Shown: piece after piece, positions 43,138-53,595 of the stretch
Position numbering within the stretch: the first letter of the stretch is position 1
Layout of the letters: each line of letters begins with the position of its first letter
NCBI GenBank assembly: GCA_944391695.1
Contig: CALXUO010000011.1
Coordinates: forward strand, 1 to 61,193
Source: an uncultured Alphaproteobacteria bacterium
GTDB lineage: Bacteria; Pseudomonadota; Alphaproteobacteria; RF32; CAG-239
Length of the DNA stretch: 61,193 bases
Reading direction: 5' to 3'
Notes under the pieces: model-generated
What the model saw: the letters and a program-made list of their open reading frames with translations, nothing else
What the model was told of the DNA's origin: nothing
Database searches by the model: none
Position numbers and translations under genes: made by a program

Positions 43138-43717
43138 ATACTTTGGTAACCACCACCATTGCCTCCCGCAAAATCCGGTCATGAATCATATATCCGGTCT
43201 GCACCTCGGCAATAATTGTTCCCACCGGTTTTGATTTATCCTCCACCTCTTGAATAACCTGATGAAAATTAGGGTCAAATACTGTCCCCATAATATCCAT
43301 CTTATGGATATCAAACTTATCAAACACCTTGGTCAGCTCATTTTGGGTAAGCTCCACCCCTTTAAGCAATGCTTCGCAGGATTCGCCTGCTTCATCACTT
43401 CCGTGAGCGGCATCAATTGCTCTTTGCAGATTATCGGCCACCAAAAGCAAACTTTTGGCAAAATTGGCAATCGCAAACTTATTATTCTTATCAATCTCTT
43501 GCTGACAGCGTTTTTTGGTGTTTTCCGCCTCGGCAAAGGCGCGCAAATAATCCTCTTTAAGTTTTTGATTTTCTGCCACCAACTCTTCAAGGCGGGCAAC
43601 ATCTTGCTCTATATTATCCTCTTCCTCGCCGGCAGCCTCAGATTCCTCTTCTGGCAAATCTTCATTTATTTCTTCATCTACAAATTTTTCTTCCATATTT
43701 TTTTTGTTTTTAGTCAT
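43136..43717 (-). CDS. grpE: Nucleotide exchange factor GrpE
   Basis: YLRAFAEAENTKKR, VADNLQRA, FDPNFHQ, GYMIHDRILREAMVVV. Confidence 0.96.
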   Translation of the reverse strand: MTKNKKNMEEKFVDEEINEDLPEEESEAAGEEEDNIEQDVARLEELVAENQKLKEDYLRAFAEAENTKKRCQQEIDKNNKFAIANFAKSLLLVADNLQRAIDAAHGSDEAGESCEALLKGVELTQNELTKVFDKFDIHKMDIMGTVFDPNFHQVIQEVEDKSKPVGTIIAEVQTGYMIHDRILREAMVVVTKV

Positions 43718-43769
43718 CTTTTTTCTCTTTAAAACAATTTAGAAATCATTTATATTCCCATCTATACTC

Positions 43770-43815
43770 AAATTTAGTGACTATTACTTGACAAGTCAAG
43801 AGTGATGACTATTAA
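43770..43815. promoter_or_regulatory. Overlapping divergent promoters of grpE and glgA with repeats
   Basis: Inverted repeat CTTGAC-aa-GTCAAG (43787-43800) gives TTGACA on + and TTGACT-17-TAAATT on -; direct repeat TGACTATTA at 43778 and 43806. Confidence 0.55.
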
Positions 43816-43862
43816 TTAAATCACATTACTGATTATTTTGATTTAGAAAGATTTTTGATACG

Positions 43863-45890
43863 ATGCCCAAAGCAAAAATAAATTCTGACATTTTGCAAAG
43901 CACAATTTTGCTGCCGTCAAAATTTAATAAAAAGAAATTTATACTAACCTACACGATTCCCGCCAACCCCTATGCTCTTGAGATACAGAACTTGGGCAAG
44001 GCTCAATGCTTTGGCAAAACCCCATGGCCCAAAAACTCTAAAATACACGCTTGGATGCTCTCTGCCGAAACCGCCACATTCATGAAAGCCGGCGGTCTTG
44101 GGATGATAGCCTCCGAGTTGCCCGAGGCATTTAACCGCCGCTATGGTGAAGCTGGCGAAAACATAACTGTTGTAACTCCGATGTATTTGGGCGACACCGG
44201 CAAAAAGAAAGCAACTTTTGACGGTACGACATACCAAGGCGCCGAACACACCAAAATCAATGTAAAAAAGCTCACCGAGTATAAAGTTGCCTTTATGGAT
44301 GCTGCGGAAAAATTTGTTGATTACAAAGTAGAGGTTTACACCGGTATTTGCGAACACACCCCCTATATATTTCTTTCAAACGAGCATTTTTTTGGCATTG
44401 CTCCGCACAAAGACAATCCCCCCGCCCAAGACGGTTGCTATATTATGAACTATCACGGCGTTAACGAGGTTGAGCGCTTTGCCTTTTTTTCCAAAGCCGT
44501 TTATGAGCTTATACGCCTTGCTCTAACAAAAGATAAAGCACCCAACATGATTATTGCCAACGATTGGCATTCGGCGGCTCTTTCCGGGCTGATGAAATAT
44601 TTGCCGGTTGCCTTGGTTGACAAAGAGCTTATGAGCGAAGAAGATGCAGACAAGATACGCTCGATTCCCATCATTCACATAGCCCACCATTTAGGCTATC
44701 AAGGCTGGGATTATGAGAACACCGCCAGGATTCTCAACTCTCTTTATGGCAAGCAAACAGCTTTTGTCTTCAAAAACGCCAAAGCCATCAAAAACTCCAA
44801 TCCGCGCACACCCAATACTCTTATTGTCCATGATTGCTACAATCAGGCTTCAGGCAATTTTCACCTTGCCGATCGTGTGGTTACGGTATCCAAGAACTAT
44901 CTTGAAGAAGTTTCCAAAGAATTGGGCTTTGGTCATGATTTCCGCGATATTTTAAAAATACGCAAAGACCACCGCACATTCTTTGGCATTGTCAACGGCT
45001 ATGACAAAAATCTTATTTCCCCCAATGCCGCCAAAATCAAAGATATCAACACTTTTTTTGGCGATACTGATTTCAAAGTATTTAACCAGGATTCTTTAGA
45101 AAACAAAACACACAATAAGGCCGAATTTATCAAACTAATCTCGCGTCTTGCCAAAGATGATACCTACAAAGACAAAATAATTCCTTTAATTGAAACCTAC
45201 AAGTTTGAAGACATTAGCGCCTGTGCCGACAAAGCAGCGCAAATTCCGATTGTTTGCGCCACCTCGCGCTTGGTTGAACAAAAAGGCTATGACATAGCCG
45301 CCCAATCCATCATAGAGTGGACCAAGAAATATTCTGCCAAAGGCTTTGAGATGCCCATTTTTATTCTTGGCGGTGCTGGCGATATAGAACTTTTTGCTAT
45401 GCTCAAACAATTAAAAGACAAAATTTCACAAATCAACCCCAAAGCAGGGGAGCGCATTTTTGTCTTTCGCGGCTACAAAGATCAATTTGCCTATGCTATT
45501 CAGCTTTCGGCTGATTTATATTTGATGCCCAGCCGCTTTGAGCCCTGCGGTTTAACGCAGATGGAGGCCATGGCCAAAGGAGCTCTTCCGGTAGCCATGT
45601 CAACCGGCGGTTTGGTCGACACCATTGACGACAAGATTGACGGTTTCCGCACCGAGGTGTTTTTCAGCGACAACCGCCATGTCTATGGCAACAACATCAC
45701 TGCCCGTCGTCTTAAAAACAACGAAAACGCCTATACCGAAACCTTGGAGAATGCGCTTCTCACTTTCTATGAGATGCCCAATTTCATAGCCGCCATGCAG
45801 CGCCGCGCCATGGAAAAAGACTTTAGTTGGGATGTCAAAAACGGCCCGCTCGAGAAATATTATTCTCTGCTTCATTTTGGGCATTTATAA
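43863..45890 (+). CDS. glgA: Glycogen/starch synthase (GT5), unusually long
   Basis: KAGGLG, ANDWHSA, VTVSKNY, GIVNG, SRLVEQKG, MPSRFEPCGLTQMEAM, TGGLVDT, DFSW. Confidence 0.9.
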   Translation: MPKAKINSDILQSTILLPSKFNKKKFILTYTIPANPYALEIQNLGKAQCFGKTPWPKNSKIHAWMLSAETATFMKAGGLGMIASELPEAFNRRYGEAGENITVVTPMYLGDTGKKKATFDGTTYQGAEHTKINVKKLTEYKVAFMDAAEKFVDYKVEVYTGICEHTPYIFLSNEHFFGIAPHKDNPPAQDGCYIMNYHGVNEVERFAFFSKAVYELIRLALTKDKAPNMIIANDWHSAALSGLMKYLPVALVDKELMSEEDADKIRSIPIIHIAHHLGYQGWDYENTARILNSLYGKQTAFVFKNAKAIKNSNPRTPNTLIVHDCYNQASGNFHLADRVVTVSKNYLEEVSKELGFGHDFRDILKIRKDHRTFFGIVNGYDKNLISPNAAKIKDINTFFGDTDFKVFNQDSLENKTHNKAEFIKLISRLAKDDTYKDKIIPLIETYKFEDISACADKAAQIPIVCATSRLVEQKGYDIAAQSIIEWTKKYSAKGFEMPIFILGGAGDIELFAMLKQLKDKISQINPKAGERIFVFRGYKDQFAYAIQLSADLYLMPSRFEPCGLTQMEAMAKGALPVAMSTGGLVDTIDDKIDGFRTEVFFSDNRHVYGNNITARRLKNNENAYTETLENALLTFYEMPNFIAAMQRRAMEKDFSWDVKNGPLEKYYSLLHFGHL

Positions 45891-45981
45891 ACGGTTATTT
45901 GGGCTCAAATTTTTGTTGCGCCTTAAGTTATAATCTTATACAATCTCACACATATCCAAATAAGAGATAAAGGAAAAGATT

Positions 45982-46692
45982 ATGCGTTCATCTCATCGTC
46001 AAAACAACCAACTGCGCGATATTGAGTTTATCACCGGCTTTAACCCCTATGCCGAGGGTTCGTGTTTGGTCAAATACGGCCAAACCCATGTTATTTGCAC
46101 AGCCTCGGTAGATGACAAAGTCCCCTCTTGGCTCAAAGGTCAGGACAAAGGATGGATCACGGCCGAATATGCCATGTTGCCGCGCTCTACCCAAACCCGC
46201 ATCCCCAGGGAGAGCAAAAAGCCCTCCGGCCGCTCGCAAGAGATTCAACGTCTTATTGGTCGTTCACTCAGGGCGGTTGTTGATTTGGGCAAGATGAAAG
46301 ATATTTTAATAACCATTGACTGTGATGTCATTCAAGCCGACGGCGGCACCAGAGTTGCCTCGGTTTCGGGTGGTTTTGTGGCATTATACCAAGCCATATC
46401 CAAACTTTTGGCTGATGGCACCTTATCCGAAAACCCCATTCGCGAATTTGTGGCTGCGGTTTCCTGCGATATCTGCGATGGCGAAGCGGTTATTGATGTT
46501 GACTACGGTGAAGATTCCACCTCTCAGGTTGATATGAATTTTGTTTTGACCGAAAGCGGCAAGATTGTAGAAATTCAAGGCACCGCCGAGGGAGAACCTT
46601 TCAGCGAAGAAGAGTTTTGCCATTTACTTGAGCTTGGCAAATCGGGCATCAAACAAATTATCTCAAAGCAAAAGGAGGCCCTTAAATGCTAA
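45982..46692 (+). CDS. rph: Ribonuclease PH
   Basis: GWITAEYAMLPRST, SGRSQEIQRLIGRSLR, QADGGTR, EIQGTAEG. Confidence 0.97.
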   Translation: MRSSHRQNNQLRDIEFITGFNPYAEGSCLVKYGQTHVICTASVDDKVPSWLKGQDKGWITAEYAMLPRSTQTRIPRESKKPSGRSQEIQRLIGRSLRAVVDLGKMKDILITIDCDVIQADGGTRVASVSGGFVALYQAISKLLADGTLSENPIREFVAAVSCDICDGEAVIDVDYGEDSTSQVDMNFVLTESGKIVEIQGTAEGEPFSEEEFCHLLELGKSGIKQIISKQKEALKC

Positions 46693-47282
46693 AAGAGCTT
46701 GTTATTGCCTCACACAACCAAGGCAAAATCAACGAGTTTAGACAAATGCTTACCCCTTTTGGTGTAAGGGTTTACTCTGCTCTTGAGCTGGGTCTTCCTG
46801 ATGTTGAAGAAACCGGCACCACTTTTAAGGAGAATGCCTCCATCAAAGCCGAAACCTTATCAAAGCTTTCCGGCAAACCGTGTTTGGCCGATGACTCAGG
46901 CCTTTGTGTTACGGCTTTAGGCGGCCGTCCGGGGGTTTATTCGGCACGCTATGCTCCCAACCGCAATTTTGATATAGCCATGGAAAAACTCATCTCCGAA
47001 CTAAAATCAGCCCATACTGATGATTGGTCGGCTCATTTTGCCTGTGTTTTGGCGCTCAAAGAACCCGGGCAAAAAATTCGCTTTTATGAGGGGCGGGTTG
47101 ATGGTTCCATTACCGAAGACCGCCGCGGCGATAAAGGTTTCGGTTTTGATCCCATTTTCATTCCTCAAGGTTATAAGCAAACCTTTGCCGAGATGAGCGC
47201 CGAAGAAAAATCCCAAATTTCGCACCGCGGCCGTGCTCTGGCGGTCTTTTTACAAAAGGAATTTAATGTTAAAAATATTTAA
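46686..47282 (+). CDS. rdgB: dITP/XTP pyrophosphatase
   Basis: ASHNQGK, ADDSGL, PGVYSARY, GFGFDPIF, SHRGRA. Confidence 0.97.
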   Translation: MLKELVIASHNQGKINEFRQMLTPFGVRVYSALELGLPDVEETGTTFKENASIKAETLSKLSGKPCLADDSGLCVTALGGRPGVYSARYAPNRNFDIAMEKLISELKSAHTDDWSAHFACVLALKEPGQKIRFYEGRVDGSITEDRRGDKGFGFDPIFIPQGYKQTFAEMSAEEKSQISHRGRALAVFLQKEFNVKNI

Positions 47283-50151
47283 TATTTCATCTTCCAACAA
47301 TTTTGTAGACACTCTGGCCGACAAACTTTTACAAGACTGCTCCTCAGATGAGCTTTCGCTTGCCGACATTTTAATTTTGTTGCCCAACCGCCGTGCCTGC
47401 CGCACTTTGGCCGAGGCTTTTGTCCACAACCGTGGTCTTATTCCCACTTTGCTTCCGCAAATGCGTGCCATCGGTGATATCAGCGAGGACGAGCTTAGCC
47501 TAAGCGGCGCCGGTGCTTTTCAGCAATTTTTGTCTCTTCCGCCGTCAATTTCGCCCATGGAGCGTAATCTGTTGTTTATGCGCCTGATTATGAGTCGCAA
47601 TCAAGACTTTGGCCTGGAAAAGATATCTTTAGCCCAGTCTTTTTACTTGGCGCAAGAACTTGGACACTTGCTTGATACCGCGGCGCTGCAAAACCTAAAC
47701 TGGGACAACCTTGCCAATCTTGTTCCGGCAGAATATGCCATCCATTGGCAAGAAACCCTCAAATTTTTAAAAATCATCACCTCTTATTGGCCTGACATTT
47801 TGGCCGAACGCGGTGTTATAGATGCCTCCGTCAAAAAAAACATCTTAATCGAGACTCAAAGCCAACTCTGGCAAACAACCAAACCGCAAAAACGCATCAT
47901 CATTGCCGGCACCACCGCCGTTTCGCCGGCGATGAAACAACTTGTCCGGACAGTTTTGGATTTACCTTGCGGCGAGGTCTATTTATCCGGGCTTGACACT
48001 TTGCTTGAAGACGACGCCTGGGAAGCAATCGACGAAACCCATCCTCAATACGAGCTTAAACAATTGCTTGACTATCTTAAGATTTCTAGACATCAGGTCA
48101 GTCTTTTATCCCCACCGGTCAATCTTCAACGTGAAAAACTCATCAGCGAGATTATGCGTCCGGCCTCAACCTCCAACCATTGGCTTGAGCTCAAGGGTGC
48201 TTTAAACACCGAAGCCGTTAAAGGCCTCAATTTGTTGGAATGCGACGATGACAAAACCGAGGCTCTGACCATAGCCATCATTATGCGCCGTCTTTTGGAA
48301 ACGCCGTCCAAAACCGTAGCACTTATCACACCGGAGCGCAATTTAGCCCGTCGCGTTGCCGGAGAGCTCAAACGCTGGGATATTGATGTCGATGATTCGG
48401 CCGGTATTCCGCTTGCCCAAACTCCTTGGGGCATTTTCATGCGTCTTTGCCTGGCAGCTTTGGAACCAGATGCCAAGCGTGAACATATTTTAGCTTTGCT
48501 CAAAAATCGTCTTTTTTGTTTTGGTCAAAAACCGGAAATATTGCAAGATTTCATCACCCGATTGGAAAAAAATCTTTGGCGTTCCGAAATTGCCGATGAT
48601 ACGGCGCAGGCATTTCTGCACTCAATCCGTCTCAAAGCCCAAGATTTAATAAATTTATTATCGCTTCCGCAAGCAAACCTCAAAGATCTTATTATTGCCC
48701 ACATCAAAATTGCCGAAACTTTTGCCGCCACGGACACAATCCCCGGCCAACAAATACTCTGGCAAAACGAGGATGGCCAAGCCGGCGCCTCTTTCATGTC
48801 CGAATGCCTTGAGCAAGCCGCAGTTTTGGGTAATATTTCACCTCTTGAATACCTTTCCTTGTTTGAGGCTATGATGTCAGGGCTTATGGTTCAGGCCAAA
48901 CAAAAAAGCCATCCACGCATCAGAATTCTTGGTCCCATAGAGGCCAGGCTATGTCACTTTGACACCATTATTTTAGGTGGCTGCAACGAGGGAATATGGC
49001 CGCTTAGCGTTAGCTCTAATCCGTGGATGTCCCGACCGATGAAGCAAGAATTCGGCTTTGAATTACCCGAGCGGCAAATTGGGGTTTCAGCGCTTGACTT
49101 TGCAAATCTTCTAGGAGCAAAAGATGTATATCTTACTCGCGCCAAAATGAGCAACGGCACGCCAACATCAAAATCACGTTGGCTAATGCGTCTTGAAACC
49201 GTTATCAAGGCTCTTGGTTTCAAAGCAGAAGATCTTTGCCTTGATGAAAGTCTGCCATTTGCCCTCAAACTCAATATTCCCTCAAGTTTTATCAAGATTT
49301 CTCCGCCTGCTCCTCATCCTCCGGTTTCGGCCAGGCCGCGCAAATTTTCAGCCAGCGCCATCGAAAAGCTCATGCGTGATCCTTATGGTATATTTGCCGA
49401 ATATATCCTAAAACTCAAACCCTTAGGCGAGCTAAATCCCGTTGCCGATGCCTCAGACTTTGGCAACATCGTCCACAAGGTTTTGGAAGAATTCGGCAAA
49501 ACCTATCCCAAGCAATACCCTAAAAACGCCAAAGAAAATTTACTCACTCTTGGTGACAAGGCCTTTGCTCAAAGTGGGTTTTCCGCCGACAAACAAGCCT
49601 TTTGGCGTCCCAAATATGCCAAAATTGTAGATTGGCTGACATCCCATGAAACATCATATCGGCAAAATATTACCCAAATTCATAACGAAATCTGGGGCAG
49701 TATAATCCTGGATGATCTTCCTGGCGGCAAAGTAGAGATTTATGCCAAGGCCGACCGTCTGGATGAAACCATTGACGGGCAAATCAACATCATTGATTAC
49801 AAAACCGGTCGCGGCCGCAGCCTAAAAGAGATAAAGTCTGGCTATGCTCCGCAGCTTCCCATTGAAGGGCTAATAGCTCAAAAGGGAGGTTTTGCCGGAG
49901 TGCCTAAAAAAAGTATCAACTCTCTTATGTACTGGCGGCTTGGGCGGGATATTACCTGTGTAGATGACGACATTTCCTCTCTTTTATCCCAAACCGAAGA
50001 ACACATCAAAACACTTATCAACTCTTTTGATTTTGTCTCCACCGGATATCTGAGCCGCCCCAACCCCAAATCAGCGCCGGAATATTCCGATTACGAGCAC
50101 TTATCGCGTCTCCGCGAATGGTCAGTAAAAGACGAAGGAGAAGAGCAATGA
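47266..50151 (+). CDS. addB: Double-strand break repair protein AddB
   Basis: LLPNRRACR, HPQY, DDSAGIPL, GPIEARL, RDPY, nuclease motifs ADRLD...IDYKTG...APQL; ATG 47266. Confidence 0.95.
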   Translation: MLKIFNISSSNNFVDTLADKLLQDCSSDELSLADILILLPNRRACRTLAEAFVHNRGLIPTLLPQMRAIGDISEDELSLSGAGAFQQFLSLPPSISPMERNLLFMRLIMSRNQDFGLEKISLAQSFYLAQELGHLLDTAALQNLNWDNLANLVPAEYAIHWQETLKFLKIITSYWPDILAERGVIDASVKKNILIETQSQLWQTTKPQKRIIIAGTTAVSPAMKQLVRTVLDLPCGEVYLSGLDTLLEDDAWEAIDETHPQYELKQLLDYLKISRHQVSLLSPPVNLQREKLISEIMRPASTSNHWLELKGALNTEAVKGLNLLECDDDKTEALTIAIIMRRLLETPSKTVALITPERNLARRVAGELKRWDIDVDDSAGIPLAQTPWGIFMRLCLAALEPDAKREHILALLKNRLFCFGQKPEILQDFITRLEKNLWRSEIADDTAQAFLHSIRLKAQDLINLLSLPQANLKDLIIAHIKIAETFAATDTIPGQQILWQNEDGQAGASFMSECLEQAAVLGNISPLEYLSLFEAMMSGLMVQAKQKSHPRIRILGPIEARLCHFDTIILGGCNEGIWPLSVSSNPWMSRPMKQEFGFELPERQIGVSALDFANLLGAKDVYLTRAKMSNGTPTSKSRWLMRLETVIKALGFKAEDLCLDESLPFALKLNIPSSFIKISPPAPHPPVSARPRKFSASAIEKLMRDPYGIFAEYILKLKPLGELNPVADASDFGNIVHKVLEEFGKTYPKQYPKNAKENLLTLGDKAFAQSGFSADKQAFWRPKYAKIVDWLTSHETSYRQNITQIHNEIWGSIILDDLPGGKVEIYAKADRLDETIDGQINIIDYKTGRGRSLKEIKSGYAPQLPIEGLIAQKGGFAGVPKKSINSLMYWRLGRDITCVDDDISSLLSQTEEHIKTLINSFDFVSTGYLSRPNPKSAPEYSDYEHLSRLREWSVKDEGEEQ

Positions 50152-53100
50152 GCAACCTCAAACAAGAAAAAGAACAACGCATAGCTCTGGCCTCATCAAA
50201 CCAGCGTATGGCAGCCGATCCAAACTATTCAGTCTGGGTAGAGGCCTCTGCCGGAACCGGCAAGACCAAAGTTCTTTCCGATAGAGTTCTAAGACTTTTG
50301 CTTGAAGGAGTTAACCCCTCACGTCTGCTTTGCCTAACCTATACCAAAGCCGCCGCGGTTGAAATGAGCAACCGCATTGCCGAGCGCTTAAGCAACTGGG
50401 CCATATTAGATGACGACACACTATCTTTAGAGCTTGAAAAACTTTTAGGGCTTAACTCTTTATCTTCCGAACAATTATCAAAGCTCATGCCCCAAGCCAG
50501 AAAACTTTTTGCCGTTTTACTAGATACTCCGGGCGGCATAAAGATTCAAACCATCCATAGTTTCTGCCAGGAGATATTAAAGCGTTTTCCGCTTGAAGCC
50601 AAAATCTCACCTTATTTTGAGGTTATGGACGACCGCCAAGCTAAAGAAGCCATGGAAAATATCAAGACCGAAATTTTGCAAGGCAATCTAAGTCCCCAAG
50701 CGCGCGAAGCTTTATCTTGGCTCACCTCCGAGGTAAGCGAGTTCAAATTTCCCGATATAATGAGTTCAATCTCCGAAAATCGCAATCTATTTAATGAATA
50801 TCTATCCCGCCAAGGCTCGCTTGAAGCTCTAATCTCGCAAACCTCCGCCAAACTCAACCTCCCCTCAGATATTAACGCCCAAGACATCAAAACCGCCTTT
50901 TGGGAAGGGACATCTGCCGCAGATTTTTCTCTTTTGATCAAAGCCCTGTCCGAAGGGAGTGATAAATCGGTTCAAAATTCGCTTAAACTTTCCTCTGCCG
51001 TTCAAAACCAAGATTTTGAGCTTGCCTGCGACATTCTTCTAACCATCAAACAAGAACCGCGCAAAGACATTTTGCAAAAAAAGCCGCTTATGCTTTTTCC
51101 TGATGCTGCCAAATCTTACAATAGCATATCTGCCGCACTTATTTCCGCCGTCAATAAGCTCAAATCCCTAAATCTGCTTAACTCCACTAGAGCTGTTTTA
51201 ACTCTTTCTTCCGAGCTTTTAAAGCGTTACCAAACATACAAAAAGCTTCACTCCAAAATGGACTATAACGACTTAATCATCCTAACCAAACACCTTTTGG
51301 AAGACGCTTCTGTTGCCCAATGGATACTCTACAAGCTTGACGGCGGCATTGACCATATTTTGATTGACGAGGCGCAAGACACCTCCCCTGAGCAATGGTC
51401 AATTATCAAATCCCTAACGCAAGATTTTTTTTCAGGCCTTAGCAACCGTGAAAAACCGGCCACAGTCTTTGTTGTCGGTGATCGCAAACAATCCATCTAT
51501 TCGTTTCAAGGAGCCGATCCGCGAGAGTTTGAAAGAATGCACACCTACTTCAAAGGCAAAATTTCTGATTTCAAAGATGTCAACATGGAGGTATCATTTC
51601 GCTCCACCTCGGCAGTACTTGACAGCGTAAACAAGGTTTTTGCGCAAGGGGCGGCCCGTGACGGAGTTGTCAACGACGGCCAAGAGCTTATGCACATTCC
51701 TTCACGTATAGGCGATGGCGGAAGGATAGAGCTTTGGCCTTTGGTTCAGCCTGACGATAACGATATTTCCGACCAAATCTGGCTTCCTCCGGTTGAGCGG
51801 GTGTCCGGCATATCCTCATCTTCCAAACTGGCCCGCCAAATCGCCGAAACCATCAAATCCAAAGTATCCCAAAAAGAGATATTACAATCCCAAGGACGTC
51901 CGCTCAGATATCGCGACTTTTTAATACTGGTTCAACGGCGCAATTCATTTGTTGAGGAAATTGTCAGGGCCTGCAAAAACGCAGGAGTCAACATCACCGG
52001 AGTTGACAAGATAAAACTTTCCGAGCAAATAGCGGTCAACGACTTGTTGGCTTTGGCGCAATTCACGCTTCTGCCCTCCGATGATCTAAACCTTGCCTGT
52101 GTCCTAAAATCACCTCTTTTCGGGCTAAATGATGATGACTTGTTTACCCTCTGCTATCAACGAGGCGAAAAAAGCCTGTGGCAGCGTCTAAAAGAAAGCT
52201 CTTCTTACCCAACAATTGCCGAAACACTATATCAAATCCTTAAGTTTGCAAATACTCACCGTCCGTTTGAGTTTTTCAGCTATATTTTAAATGAGCTTCA
52301 AGGGCAAAAAAAATTCATCAGCCGCTTGGGTTTTGAATGTACCGATACCTTAGATGAATTTATCAACCTAAGCCTTTCGTTTGAGCAAGAACACATCCCC
52401 ACGCTGCAGCTTTTTGTCGAATGGATGCATCAAGATGATGTTGAAATCAAACGCAACCTTGAGCAAAACGACCTTGATGCCGTCCGCTTAATGACGGTTC
52501 ACGGTTCCAAAGGGCTGCAAGCACCGATTGTTATTTTGCCCGATACCGTAAGGGTAAAAAGCATCAAACAGGAATCAGGCTGGCTTTATGATGACGACAC
52601 TTTATTTTATCCTTTGGGCAAAGAATACTATGAAAGCACTTGTTGCCGTCTCAAGGAGCAAGAGAAAGCTCTTTCTTTAGAAGAATACCACCGTTTGCTT
52701 TATGTAGCCTTAACCCGGGCCGAAGAACGTTTGTGTATTTGCGGCTACCAAAAAAAGCACAAACCCAGCCAAGAATCCTGGTACGAAATTTGTCAAACCG
52801 CGCTGCGGCCTTTGTTAAGCCAAACTGCTGACAACGACATATTATTTTATCAAACCGAACAGCAAATTCCCCCCAAAAACAAAACGGAAACACTAAAAAA
52901 ACGTTTACCTCTTGATTTTCCGCAGTGGCTTACGAGGCCTGCTCCTCAACAAGGACCGCTTGCCCGTCCGTTAACTCCGTCGCATTTAGATGAGGACAAA
53001 GTTTCAGCGCTTTCGCCGCTATTAACACAAAACGACACTCTGCTTTATTCCCGCGGACGTCTCATCCACAAACTGCTACAATTTATTCCCTCTGCCGAGC

Positions 53101-53507
53101 CCAAATTACGCTCTGCGCTGATAGCAGAATTTTTCAAAACTCAAGCCCCTGAGCTATCTCCCACTGTCCAAGACCAAATTGCAACCGAGGTACTAAATCT
53201 TATAGAAGACACTCGCTTCAGCGCTCTTTTCGGCCCCAATTCTCTTGCCGAAGTTCCGCTTATGGGGCGTGTCGGCGACAATATAATCTCAGGCCAAATC
53301 GATCGTCTGGTAGTAACCGATAACAAAGTGATTATTGTTGATTATAAGACCAATCGTCCGGCGGCGCAAACACTTCAAGACGTTCCCCCATCCTACCTCA
53401 AACAAATGAAAGCCTACCGCGAGCTCATTTCTCAAATTTATCCCGATTTAAGTGTTGAAACCTATATTCTTTGGACCAACACCGCCCAAATGATGAAAAT
53501 TGAATAA
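50148..53507 (+). CDS. addA: Double-strand break repair helicase/nuclease AddA
   Basis: ASAGTGKT, DEAQD, VGDRKQSIY, MTVHGSKGL, LYVALTRA, GQIDRL...VDYKT; ATG 50148. Confidence 0.96.
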   Translation: MSNLKQEKEQRIALASSNQRMAADPNYSVWVEASAGTGKTKVLSDRVLRLLLEGVNPSRLLCLTYTKAAAVEMSNRIAERLSNWAILDDDTLSLELEKLLGLNSLSSEQLSKLMPQARKLFAVLLDTPGGIKIQTIHSFCQEILKRFPLEAKISPYFEVMDDRQAKEAMENIKTEILQGNLSPQAREALSWLTSEVSEFKFPDIMSSISENRNLFNEYLSRQGSLEALISQTSAKLNLPSDINAQDIKTAFWEGTSAADFSLLIKALSEGSDKSVQNSLKLSSAVQNQDFELACDILLTIKQEPRKDILQKKPLMLFPDAAKSYNSISAALISAVNKLKSLNLLNSTRAVLTLSSELLKRYQTYKKLHSKMDYNDLIILTKHLLEDASVAQWILYKLDGGIDHILIDEAQDTSPEQWSIIKSLTQDFFSGLSNREKPATVFVVGDRKQSIYSFQGADPREFERMHTYFKGKISDFKDVNMEVSFRSTSAVLDSVNKVFAQGAARDGVVNDGQELMHIPSRIGDGGRIELWPLVQPDDNDISDQIWLPPVERVSGISSSSKLARQIAETIKSKVSQKEILQSQGRPLRYRDFLILVQRRNSFVEEIVRACKNAGVNITGVDKIKLSEQIAVNDLLALAQFTLLPSDDLNLACVLKSPLFGLNDDDLFTLCYQRGEKSLWQRLKESSSYPTIAETLYQILKFANTHRPFEFFSYILNELQGQKKFISRLGFECTDTLDEFINLSLSFEQEHIPTLQLFVEWMHQDDVEIKRNLEQNDLDAVRLMTVHGSKGLQAPIVILPDTVRVKSIKQESGWLYDDDTLFYPLGKEYYESTCCRLKEQEKALSLEEYHRLLYVALTRAEERLCICGYQKKHKPSQESWYEICQTALRPLLSQTADNDILFYQTEQQIPPKNKTETLKKRLPLDFPQWLTRPAPQQGPLARPLTPSHLDEDKVSALSPLLTQNDTLLYSRGRLIHKLLQFIPSAEPKLRSALIAEFFKTQAPELSPTVQDQIATEVLNLIEDTRFSALFGPNSLAEVPLMGRVGDNIISGQIDRLVVTDNKVIIVDYKTNRPAAQTLQDVPPSYLKQMKAYRELISQIYPDLSVETYILWTNTAQMMKIE

Positions 53508-53595
53508 CCTAGGATTTTTTTAACAAATAGCTTTATTTCTCCAAAATTTATTACTATATTATAAACAACAGCAATTTCTATAGAAAGGAAAACAC

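Noticed and set aside
43774-43815. Possible CIRCE or HAIR operator upstream of grpE
   Set aside because: Does not match TTAGCACTC-N9-GAGTGCTAA and is only a poor match to CTTGAGT-N7-ACTCAAG; reported as an unknown motif.
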